Below, piece by piece: positions 1 through 8,953 of a stretch of 64,000 nt of DNA. Below the pieces are notes generated by a model. That model had not been told where the DNA came from and did no database searches. It saw only the letters and a program-made list of their open reading frames with translations. Made by a program: the position numbers and the translations under genes. This stretch comes from Pelagomonas calceolata. Lineage: Eukaryota. Location: positions 3,348,001 to 3,412,000 of the forward strand of contig CAKKNE010000002.1 in assembly GCA_918797485.1 (NCBI GenBank). The letters run 5' to 3'. The first letter of the stretch is position 1, and each line of letters opens with the position of its first letter.

Positions 1-123
1 GCTCCGACAGAACGCCTGCGCGTAGCCATCGGGGAACAGACGGGGAGGCCCGCGGAACCTCGACTCGCTGCATCCGCACCACCGGACCTGAGTATGAATA
101 CAGATACTTATAGAAAAAGCAAG

Positions 124-855
124 CTACCAGCCAGCGCCGTTCACGTGCAGCGCGCCCCCGGCCGGCCAGGCCGGCGCGGTCGGCAGAGAAAAGCGCATGA
201 GCGCCGGGTCGACGAACTTTTTGAGGTCGTCCGATGGGTAGACCACGTCGCACGGCGCCAGCGTGGCGCAGTCGAGCTTCTCGTAGAACCCCGGCACGCC
301 CGTGCAGAACAGCGCCTCGGGCAGAGATTCACAAAGCCGGGCAGAAAACGCGCCCCGGACGACCGCGGCCCCCAGACCCCGCCCCCTTACCGAAGGCGAC
401 GTCGCGACGTGCGCGAGGCAGAGCACGCGCCGCTCTAATAACAAATCGCCCATGAAGAACGTCGCGATGACGTCGGCCTGGCCGTCCAACCGATCTAGGT
501 GAATGACCCAGTCGTCGGCCGCCGCCCGCTTCAGAATCGTGCCCGCGCGGCCCGCGTGCTGGGCGTGCCTGGCCCCTATTTTCACGCGCCGTCCCTCCCT
601 CAAGTTTTGCTTGTCCGCCACATTCACACATCGCACGAACGTCCGCGCGGCCGCGACGACCTCCTCCCCATCCTCGACGTAGTGGAGCTGCTCCTCGTCG
701 GTCGCTGCCGTCGTGGCTCGCCTTTCGATGGCCTCGGCGCAGCGGTCCCTCCCTTCCGCCGTCGGGAAGGCGGCGGTCCAGAGCGCCGCGATGCGCCCTA
801 GGGTGGCGTCGTCGAGGGCGATTGTGGGTTTCGTCTGGACGGCGACCTCGGCCAT
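124..855 (-). CDS. GNAT-family N-acetyltransferase
   Basis: Acetyl-CoA binding motif A HVATSPSVRGRGLGAAVV and downstream PGFYEKL. First plausible ATG at 855 (MAEVAVQ). Confidence 0.75.
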   Translation of the reverse strand: MAEVAVQTKPTIALDDATLGRIAALWTAAFPTAEGRDRCAEAIERRATTAATDEEQLHYVEDGEEVVAAARTFVRCVNVADKQNLREGRRVKIGARHAQHAGRAGTILKRAAADDWVIHLDRLDGQADVIATFFMGDLLLERRVLCLAHVATSPSVRGRGLGAAVVRGAFSARLCESLPEALFCTGVPGFYEKLDCATLAPCDVVYPSDDLKKFVDPALMRFSLPTAPAWPAGGALHVNGAGW

Positions 856-1283
856 CCTGGAGGCTTGGCAGCGGCTCGGCCGCAGCGATGCGAAGCTCTC
901 TTGGATAGCCCTCGCGTCCCACACCGCGCGGGGTCGAGCTACGCGATTTTTTTGGCTGACTCAAAATCGCGAAAACCCGAGGCGAAGGAGCCGTCCGCGA
1001 TGAATTCGAATCCTGCACCGATGCGGGTGCACGCGGAGGCGTCCCGGGGGGGACCGCACGAGCCTTCCTCCGGCCGCCTCTCCCGGCAGGCAGCGCACGA
1101 CGCGTCAAAAGTTCGCGTACGAGCAGTGGCCGCAGCCCCGCAGCCCCGGCAGGAGGTCGCGAGCCAACGAAGCAGCCGCTCCTCCTGCACGCCACCGACG
1201 CGACGCGGCGCTCGCTCGGGAGCCGGATGGAGGTCCCAGGGAGGAGAGGCTAGCCCAAGTCCCGAAGCGGGCACGCCGCAACG

Positions 1284-2390
1284 ATGGCGAAGAAGCCCAA
1301 GTCCCCCAAGCCCGCCGACCCGATCCTCAACAAGCGCAAGGTCGGCCCGGCGCCCACCGTCATCTCGGCGAACCTCAAGACGATGAAGCGGTCGAACAAG
1401 GAGCTGGCGGCGCAGCGCGAGGCGCGCATGCGCAACGCCGCCGAGCGCGCCGCGCCCAAGGAGAAGAAGGAGCGGTTAGCTGTGAGGGGCGAGGCGACGC
1501 GCAACGCGCAAGCCGGTAAATCCAGCAGTGATACTCCCATGAAGGACAGCGGCGCGAAGGAGAAATCCGCGCTCGCTGTGGTCCTGGCGAAGTGCTTCAA
1601 GAGCCTCGCGCGACCGACGGTCAAGCTGCAGCACCCGCAAGCCATCAAGATGACCGAAGCGTTGGGACTGGGCCAGCGACATTTGCGGATCATGAGGGAC
1701 CAGTTCGATGATATAGATGTGGACGGTTCCGGCAATATTGATGCGGTGGAGCTCTTCGAGGCCATGGGCGAGGTCAGGTCCAAGATCACGGAAGAGCTGT
1801 TCGCGATGATGGACATGGACGGGAATGCGAGGTTGGACTTTGACGAGTACGTCGCCGTGGCGCTGTCGTACTGCATGTATACCAAAGATGATATATTGAA
1901 ATTTTGTTTCGATCTCTTCGATCTGGATTCAGGAGGTACGATCGACGAGAAGGAGTTCACGGAGATGTGCGTCGCCGTTTCCGCGGGCGACCCCTTGTTC
2001 TCGGGGAATTTTCGGATGGCTCTGGAGAATTTTGATACGAACGACGATGGTCTTATTGATTTTGACGAGTTCCGGAACTTGAATGATCGGTACCCGATGA
2101 TCCTGCATCCGGCCTTTCGCATGCAGGACAAGCTCCAAAAGTATACGTTAGGAGAAGAAGAATGGGTCAAGGTCATGGAGAACATTAATTACTGGCAAAA
2201 AATAAAAGAGTACACGGACAAGGAGGGCGAGGCGCCTCCCTCATCACGGTGGGAGCGGTTCCGGGAGAAGTATCTGCGGAAGTGCTTCGGCCACCCGCCC
2301 GTGGACCTCGAGTACATCGCCTCCCAATCGAAGATGGAGCAGGCTAAACGAGCAGCGGCCGAGGAGGCGCGGCTCAAGGCCGGGGGCTAA
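1284..2390 (+). CDS. EF-hand calcium-binding protein with basic N-terminal extension
   Basis: Four EF-hand loops: DVDGSGNIDAVE, DMDGNARLDFDE, DLDSGGTIDEKE, DTNDDGLIDFDE. Confidence 0.85.
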   Translation: MAKKPKSPKPADPILNKRKVGPAPTVISANLKTMKRSNKELAAQREARMRNAAERAAPKEKKERLAVRGEATRNAQAGKSSSDTPMKDSGAKEKSALAVVLAKCFKSLARPTVKLQHPQAIKMTEALGLGQRHLRIMRDQFDDIDVDGSGNIDAVELFEAMGEVRSKITEELFAMMDMDGNARLDFDEYVAVALSYCMYTKDDILKFCFDLFDLDSGGTIDEKEFTEMCVAVSAGDPLFSGNFRMALENFDTNDDGLIDFDEFRNLNDRYPMILHPAFRMQDKLQKYTLGEEEWVKVMENINYWQKIKEYTDKEGEAPPSSRWERFREKYLRKCFGHPPVDLEYIASQSKMEQAKRAAAEEARLKAGG

Positions 2391-2641
2391 GTTAACTTTA
2401 GTAATAGAGGTACTCCGCCGAGGCGGCCGCGCGGCGGTGGCGTCTGCACGAGCCCTGCTCTTCTTGCTGGTAGGTGGAAGCGCGAGTCATCCGGCTCTGT
2501 GCGAGGCGCGGGCTGCACATCGATCAGCAGATCTCACTTGCTAGTGTCTTACAGGCCGCTTGCGCGCGATCTAAACACGATCGGCGCGGCCCTTGGTTGA
2601 CGCCCCCCACGGGCTGGAGTTAAAACACGCGCCTTAGGCCC

Positions 2642-3193
2642 TCACGACGCGGGTTTCGAAGGACAGTTCTCCTTGAGCCAGTCGAGACCCTCGTACAACC
2701 CGTCGCCCGTCGTCGCGCAGCAGGCCTGGATGTACCACTTCCGCCCTCTCAAGGAAGACAGCTGGAGCGCCTCGGCGAGTTGCGCCGCGGGCGCCGCGTT
2801 CGGCAGGTCCTGCTTGTTCGCGTACACTAGTACCACAGCGTCCCGCAGCTCGAACTGGTCGAGCAACCCATGTAATTCGTCCTTCGCTTGTGAGAGTCGA
2901 TCCCGATCATTGCTATCAACAACAAAGATCACGCCCTGCGTGTCCGAGTAGTAGTGGCGCCAGAGCGGCCTTATTTTATCTTGCCCGCCAATGTCCCACA
3001 CCGTCAGCGTCAGATTGCCGTACTCGATGGCCTCGACGTTAAACCCGATGGTCGGGATCGTCGTCACGACCTCGCCCAGTTTGAGCTTGTAGAGGATGGT
3101 CGTCTTGCCCGCGGCGTCGAGGCCGACCATGCACAGTCTGGCATCGAGCTTCGTCCAGCCGTCGAGCCCCATGAGGGAGAAGAGCGCGCCCAT
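2642..3193 (-). CDS. ARF: ADP-ribosylation factor (ARF1-like small GTPase)
   Basis: [10 protein letters not shown]-loop, [34 protein letters not shown]-terminal MG myristoylation site. Confidence 0.95.
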   Translation of the reverse strand: MGALFSLMGLDGWTKLDARLCMVGLDAAGKTTILYKLKLGEVVTTIPTIGFNVEAIEYGNLTLTVWDIGGQDKIRPLWRHYYSDTQGVIFVVDSNDRDRLSQAKDELHGLLDQFELRDAVVLVYANKQDLPNAAPAAQLAEALQLSSLRGRKWYIQACCATTGDGLYEGLDWLKENCPSKPAS

Positions 3194-3617
3194 GATTCGT
3201 GGGCACCGGTTTCGACGCTTGCAAGGACGCCGGCGCCGGCTTTCCAGCCAGGAGGATTTGTAATTACGAGGGTGCTACGCGGTCTGCACGGCTCGCCGCG
3301 GCGGCGGCGCTGCGGCTGCGGGTCGGCTGGCGACGGAAGATATCGCACGATGCTGCTTGCTGCAGTATCTCGAGCAGAGGCCGTGAAAAACCCAAAGCTG
3401 ACCAAGCTTAGCGTCTGTAAGACACTAGATTTTCAAGCATAGTATGCTTGGACCAAAACGCCGTGGTTTTGGCACATACGGACCACCAAGGGTCCTCCCT
3501 GCATCGCCTCGCTGCCGGAGCATCGCTCCGATTCGCTGCGGCGCACCGCTACGAGCCGGAGAGCCTGCCGCCAAAAGCAGAGCTAGCGCGCGACGCGCGT
3601 AGACACCAGCGGGACCC

Positions 3618-6065
3618 ATGGGCAAGGCCCAGGAGAAGCGCGAGGCCGCCGAGAAGGCCGCGGCCAAGAAGGCCGAGAAGGACGCCAAGAAGGCGGCGCT
3701 GAAAGAGGCGCGCGCGGCGAAGAAGGCGTTAAAAGCGCAAGTCAAGGAGGCGGTGGAAGCGCAGAAGAAGCCGCTTCCTCCCAAACCGGAAGAATTGAAC
3801 GAAAATAATTGGAATGACGCATCCCAAAAAGCCCTAGACGACGCGTTACGTTCCCATGCCCCGCTGCCGAACCAGGTCGAGCGGTGGCGCTTGATCAGTC
3901 GAGACGTGCCGTCGTACTCGTCGCGGGCCTGCGCCCTACGCTTTTTGGAAGTGAGAAAAAATATAAAAAAACTCAAAGATTGGGAGGCCGAGTGCCGCGC
4001 CGTGACGCTCGCGAACGCCGCGCTGTCGAAGTTGGACGGGAGGGCGAAGAAGGACATCGAGGAGAAGGCGCGACGAGCCTACCAGGAAAAGGCCGGCGTC
4101 AAGACGGAAGAAGAAAAAGCGGCAGAGGAAGCGCGGCAGCTCGCGGAGGCCAAAATGGGTAGGGTGCTCAAGGCCGACGACGGTGCTGCGGCTGATTTAC
4201 TGGCCGCGCAAGGGGTAGTAGCGACCTTCGCCGCACCTCCAGCGAAAGCTCATAGGAACGTCAAAGACGTGAATGTCAGTAATCTCGGCGTCTCGTTCCA
4301 CGGCGCGCCTATATTGGATGGGACGACGTTCGTCATGAACTGGGGCAATAGATATGGCTTTGTTGGTCGCAATGGTTCGGGCAAGTCTACGGTTATGAGG
4401 TGTATCGGCGCTCGAGCGATTCCCATACCCGCGGCGATCGACATCTATCACTTGACGACCGAATACCCACCGACCGACGAAACGGCCCTGGAAGCGGTCA
4501 TGAAGGTCGACGACGAACGAAACGAGTGCGAGCGGGAAGTAGACGAACTCAACGACCTGATGGCTTCGGACGCATTGGACGAGGACGCGCACAACGACGC
4601 CGCGGACCGGTTGAACGTTTTATATGAAAGGTTGGAGGAGCTGGACGCCGCCACCGCGGAAGCTAGAGCAACTGATATCTTAACGGGATTAGGGTTCTCC
4701 GCGGACCGGCAAAAACAGAAAACCAAGGACTTTAGCGGTGGCTGGCGGATGAGGGTAGCTCTAGCGCGCGCTCTATTCATCCAGCCCGCTCTCTTGTTAT
4801 TGGATGAACCTACCAACCACCTGGACATGGAGGCCGTCGTCTGGCTCGAGGACTACCTGTCGAAGTGGCAGAAGATGCTGTTCATGGTCTGCCATTCCCA
4901 GGACTTCCTGAACAACGTGTGTACACATATCTGCCATCTGGACCAATTGCACAAACAGCTTGTGTACTACAAAGGCAACTACGATAGTTTTGTCGAAACG
5001 AAAAGGGACCTACAGACGGAACAGATGAAGCGCTGGGAGGCGGAACAGGCGGACTTAAAGCAGATGAAGGAGTACGTGGCCAAGTTCGGCCACGGGACCG
5101 CCAAATTAGCGAGACAGGGCAAGTCGAAGGAGAAATTGTTAGCGAAAAAGATGGCGTCGGGCTTGACGGAGAAGCCCGTCGAAGAATTATCGCTGAAGTT
5201 CCGGTTTCCCGACCCCGGGCACCTCAGCCCTCCCGTCCTCCAAGTGAACGAGTTGACCTTCGGATACGGAGACGGACCGAACTTGTACGAAAATGTCGAC
5301 TTCGGCTTGGATCTGGACTCGAGAATCGCGTTGGTCGGCCCGAATGGTGCTGGTAAATCGACATTAGTGAAAATCATCAATGGCGAACTTACGCCGCGAC
5401 GAGGCGCGGTGCGACCCCACGGCCACCTCAAGATGACGAAGTTCACGCAGCACTTCGAGGACGTGTTGGACTTCACGAAGACGCCCCTGCAGTGGTTCAT
5501 GGACCGGTACCCCGAAACTACAAGAGAGGACGCGCGGAAGTGGCTCGGGAGGTACGGCACGTCCGGCGTCGTGCAGCAGCAGACGATGTCGCAGCTCTCC
5601 GAAGGCCAGAAGGCCAAGGTCGTTTTTTGTCATATGGCCAAACAATCAGCACACATCCTGCTGCTGGACGAGCCGACGAATGCACTAGATATGGAAATGA
5701 TCGATTCGCTCGCGGACGCCATCAAGGCGTTCAAGGGCGGGGTCGTACTTGTAAGTCACGACATGCGATTAATTAGCCAAGTGACGGAGGAGATCTGGAT
5801 CGTCGATAAAGGTTTAAGGAAGTACGAGGGCGACATCGGGAATTTCAAGATGGACCTGCGGCGGCAGATGAAGCTCGAAAAAGAAGACAAGAAGAAGAAG
5901 AAGTCTCCCAAATTGGCCCCGAAGGCGCCTTCACCTCCTCCGTCTTTTAGGCTGGACCAGGCGCCGCCGCCCGCGCCGCCGCCGGCGCGGAACCTGGACG
6001 CGCTCCGCGGTACAGCGCCGGCCGCGTACGTGCCGCCCGGGCGGCGGGGCGACGGCGCGTGGTAG
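3618..6065 (+). CDS. ABC-F family ATPase (ABCF2-like) with N-terminal SANT/Myb domain
   Basis: Two ABC domains (GRNGSGKST/FSGGWRMR/LLLLDEPTNHLD and GPNGAGKST/LSEGQK/LLLDEPTN), no TM segments. N-terminal WNDASQKALDDAL...ERWRLISRDVP...ACALRF resembles SANT. Confidence 0.92.
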   Translation: MGKAQEKREAAEKAAAKKAEKDAKKAALKEARAAKKALKAQVKEAVEAQKKPLPPKPEELNENNWNDASQKALDDALRSHAPLPNQVERWRLISRDVPSYSSRACALRFLEVRKNIKKLKDWEAECRAVTLANAALSKLDGRAKKDIEEKARRAYQEKAGVKTEEEKAAEEARQLAEAKMGRVLKADDGAAADLLAAQGVVATFAAPPAKAHRNVKDVNVSNLGVSFHGAPILDGTTFVMNWGNRYGFVGRNGSGKSTVMRCIGARAIPIPAAIDIYHLTTEYPPTDETALEAVMKVDDERNECEREVDELNDLMASDALDEDAHNDAADRLNVLYERLEELDAATAEARATDILTGLGFSADRQKQKTKDFSGGWRMRVALARALFIQPALLLLDEPTNHLDMEAVVWLEDYLSKWQKMLFMVCHSQDFLNNVCTHICHLDQLHKQLVYYKGNYDSFVETKRDLQTEQMKRWEAEQADLKQMKEYVAKFGHGTAKLARQGKSKEKLLAKKMASGLTEKPVEELSLKFRFPDPGHLSPPVLQVNELTFGYGDGPNLYENVDFGLDLDSRIALVGPNGAGKSTLVKIINGELTPRRGAVRPHGHLKMTKFTQHFEDVLDFTKTPLQWFMDRYPETTREDARKWLGRYGTSGVVQQQTMSQLSEGQKAKVVFCHMAKQSAHILLLDEPTNALDMEMIDSLADAIKAFKGGVVLVSHDMRLISQVTEEIWIVDKGLRKYEGDIGNFKMDLRRQMKLEKEDKKKKKSPKLAPKAPSPPPSFRLDQAPPPAPPPARNLDALRGTAPAAYVPPGRRGDGAW

Positions 6066-6395
6066 CTCGCGAATTATTGTGGACGGAGTAATCTTGGCAT
6101 GCTCCCTTTCTTTTTGGACCGCGTCGTCCGATTTAGCTCTCTAATTTGGCGGCGTTGGCGGCGCATTTTGTGAGGATCATCCTGTCTTACATCGTGTGGC
6201 TTGTGAGCGTCGCGCGGCGGCGTGGAAATGATAGGTCAAGTATGGTACGGTAGTACCTTACCGCAGTAATGCGGTTGCCTATTTGTATTTCACGCACTCA
6301 TAATAGTGAGCCGCGGTAACGTCATAGCCAGAGGAGTCCTTCCCGCGGCGCGTGACGCGCCGGCTGCTGTGGCGCCCTCTGCCTAGCTAAATTTA

Positions 6396-7112
6396 ATGGC
6401 GGCGTTGATGCCGGACTGGACCACGCGCAAGGCGCAGGACGCCAGCGCTGAGACAGCGCCGGCCACCGTCGACGCGGACATCTTCGGCTGGGACAGCGAC
6501 GAGGAAGTCGACGCGGAGGTCGCCGCGCTCACGGCGAGCCCCGTCGCGTTCCGGGGCTACAAGAGCGCGAGCAAGGCGCGGCCGTCGGCGCCGCCGCCGA
6601 CGCGCTGCACGACGCCGCCCCGGACCGGCCGCCGCCGCTCGCCGCGGCCCCCGACCGATAAGGCGCCGCCGGCGGTCAAGCCGCGGGCGCTGCGGCCGGC
6701 GCCGAGCCGGGGCGCGCGGCGCGTGCTCGTCGCGTCGAGCCGGGCGAACGCGCCGCCGCCGCCGCCGCCGCCGCTCAAAAAGGACCTGCTCCGCAGCCTC
6801 GCGGCGGCCGCGGACGACGCGCCGACCCGGTCGATCGCGGACAAGCTCCATCCGCTCGCGGCGCCGCCGACGCCGCCGCGGGCGGAAGCCGACGAGGCCG
6901 CGGCCGGCCCGCCCTCGACGGTGTCGCGCTCGGACCGCGGGTCGGTCGCGTCGCCGGCCGCGCGGTTCGCCGCCGCCCGCGAGGAGCCGCCGCGCCGGCG
7001 CCGGCCGCGGCGCGTCGACCGGAGCGACCCCGTCGCGCTCTTCGCGCACCGCCAGGCCGACTGGGAGCGCCAGCGCCGCGCCGCGCGCCGCCGCCGACGT
7101 GCCGCGGCGTGA
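6396..7112 (+). CDS. Low-complexity hypothetical protein with possible HYLS1-like C-terminal box
   Basis: ATG-initiated ORF with coding-like codon usage. C-terminal RSDPVALFAHRQADWER recalls the DPV-x-Y/F...W motif of HYLS1_C. Confidence 0.5.
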   Translation: MAALMPDWTTRKAQDASAETAPATVDADIFGWDSDEEVDAEVAALTASPVAFRGYKSASKARPSAPPPTRCTTPPRTGRRRSPRPPTDKAPPAVKPRALRPAPSRGARRVLVASSRANAPPPPPPPLKKDLLRSLAAAADDAPTRSIADKLHPLAAPPTPPRAEADEAAAGPPSTVSRSDRGSVASPAARFAAAREEPPRRRRPRRVDRSDPVALFAHRQADWERQRRAARRRRRAAA

Positions 7113-7249
7113 GCCTTTCCCGGTGCTCCGTCTCCGCACCCTGGTCCGCGGAGACGGGCAAGTCGGTCGATTGTGATTAGAACAACGCTCGAACTTGAAG
7201 CGCGTGGGGAATGCCCGTAGCGAGTCACCAAGCGGAGTAATACGGGTCC

Positions 7250-8539
7250 TTAGAGGTCCTCGGGGTGGGCGACGAGGAGGTGCGGGGGGAAGTCGTCGCG
7301 GCACGTCGGGCACCGTGGCACGCGCTCGCCCCGGGAGGCGGACGCGTTGAGCAGCTCCAGCGCGCAGTCCCGGTGGAAGGCGTGCGGCACGGCGCGGTCC
7401 TCGTCCTCGAGCCACCGGCAGGGCATCTCGACGACGTCGCCGCCGAGCGCGTCCAGGCAGATCGGGCAGCACGCGGCCTCGTCCGGAGGCGCCGCCGCGA
7501 GGCGCCGCACGATCGACTCCGCGCGCCAGGGCACCGGCGGCACGCAGCCGTCCGCCGCGTCCTCGAGCGGCGGCATGGCGCCGTCGCTCTCGTCGTCCGA
7601 GTCGCTCTCCGCGTCGTCGCCGCGGCGGCGCCGCCGCGCGGCCTCGTCGCTCGACTCCGACGAGACGCTCTCCGAGCGGGCGCGCGGCATGGCGGCGATG
7701 GCCGCGTCGACGCGCTCGCGCCGCGCGCGGTCGTTCGCGGCGGCCGCCGCGTCGGCCCGCGCGGCCCAGGCCTCGTCGGCCCGCGCGGCCCAGGCCTCGT
7801 CGCCGCCTTCGGCGTCGTCGGCCCAGGCGTAGGCCAGCGTCTCCGCGGCCGAGTCGGGCGGCGAGGCCGCGCGCAGCGCGCGGACCGCCACCACGAAGCG
7901 CCGCCGCGTGAGCGCCGGCCAGTCGGCCAGCGCGAGGTGGTGCTCGAGCGCGTCCCACTCGCAGTACCTCAAATCGTCGAGGCACTCGGCCACGTCCAGG
8001 ACCGCGCGGCGCCGCGCCGGGCTGCCGACGTTCGCGCTCAGCCAGAGCCGCAGCTCGACCTCGCGCGGGCTCGCCCAGGGCCGGGACTCGCCCCAGTCCG
8101 GCGGCGCGCCCCAGGACCGCTCCTCCTCGGCCTGGACTCTTGCTTCCAATCGTTGCGCCCAGGCCGGCGGCGCGCCCTGGGCGCGCACCCAGGCCGGCGG
8201 CTCGCTCGCCGAGGGCGGCGCTTCTTCCTGGTGTACGGGTGCTTCGACGCGCCGCTCCTCCTGGCTCGCCCGCGCCTCGAGGCGCTGGCGTCGTTCTTCT
8301 TGCCGGGCCTCGAGGCGCCGCCACTGCTCGACGGCGTCGCGGTAGGCCGCACTCTGCGCGGCGGCCATGGCGGCGCGCTCCTCCTGGGCGGGCGGCGTAC
8401 GGGCGCGCTCCGCCTGGGGGCGGGCGAGGTACGGGCGGCCATTGCTCTGGGCGAGGTACGGGCGGCCATTGCTCTGCGCGCCTCCCCGGGCGCGCGCCTC
8501 CGGGGGGGCGCCCGGTCCGTCGGCGGACGGGCGCGGCAT
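7250..8539 (-). CDS. RING-H2 finger protein (putative E3 ligase) with SAM-like middle region
   Basis: CPIC...C...HAFHRDC...CPTCR RING-H2 pattern. ATG at 8539 (MPRPSADG). Confidence 0.8.
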   Translation of the reverse strand: MPRPSADGPGAPPEARARGGAQSNGRPYLAQSNGRPYLARPQAERARTPPAQEERAAMAAAQSAAYRDAVEQWRRLEARQEERRQRLEARASQEERRVEAPVHQEEAPPSASEPPAWVRAQGAPPAWAQRLEARVQAEEERSWGAPPDWGESRPWASPREVELRLWLSANVGSPARRRAVLDVAECLDDLRYCEWDALEHHLALADWPALTRRRFVVAVRALRAASPPDSAAETLAYAWADDAEGGDEAWAARADEAWAARADAAAAANDRARRERVDAAIAAMPRARSESVSSESSDEAARRRRRGDDAESDSDDESDGAMPPLEDAADGCVPPVPWRAESIVRRLAAAPPDEAACCPICLDALGGDVVEMPCRWLEDEDRAVPHAFHRDCALELLNASASRGERVPRCPTCRDDFPPHLLVAHPEDL

Positions 8540-8953
8540 CTCGGGGCTGCCTCCGCGGGCGCGCGGCGGCTCCTCCTTCCTTGTTTGTTTGTGTGAGGAG
8601 AGCTGCAAGCAAAACACGAGAGGAGCGAGGGGGCGGGCGGCGCACCGGTAGGCGTGCGCAAGACGGGTCGGGGAACCGGCTCCGAGCGTTCGTCGCGGTT
8701 TGGGTGGCCAACTCTAGAGACTCTACTCTAGAATAATGACTGGAACGCTTGCGAGAAGTGGGCAGCGTTTAACAGGTGCCGGCTCCCGTCTCGAGTCGAA
8801 GGTGCTGCGCTGCGAGAAGTCTGGGACCTCGCCGAGGACGCAGACGACGCGAAAGGGCAGCCGCAAAAGGGCAGCACAACGCAAGGGACGTCGACGACGC
8901 GTTAGGTGCCGGCTCTCAGCTGCCCGCGAGCCGGCCGCAGAGCTCCAACAAAG

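Noticed and set aside
6393..8711. 772-aa Arg/Gly/Pro-rich ORF on the minus strand
   Set aside because: Alternate-frame shadow of the RING gene and the 6396 gene in very GC-rich DNA; no domain signal.
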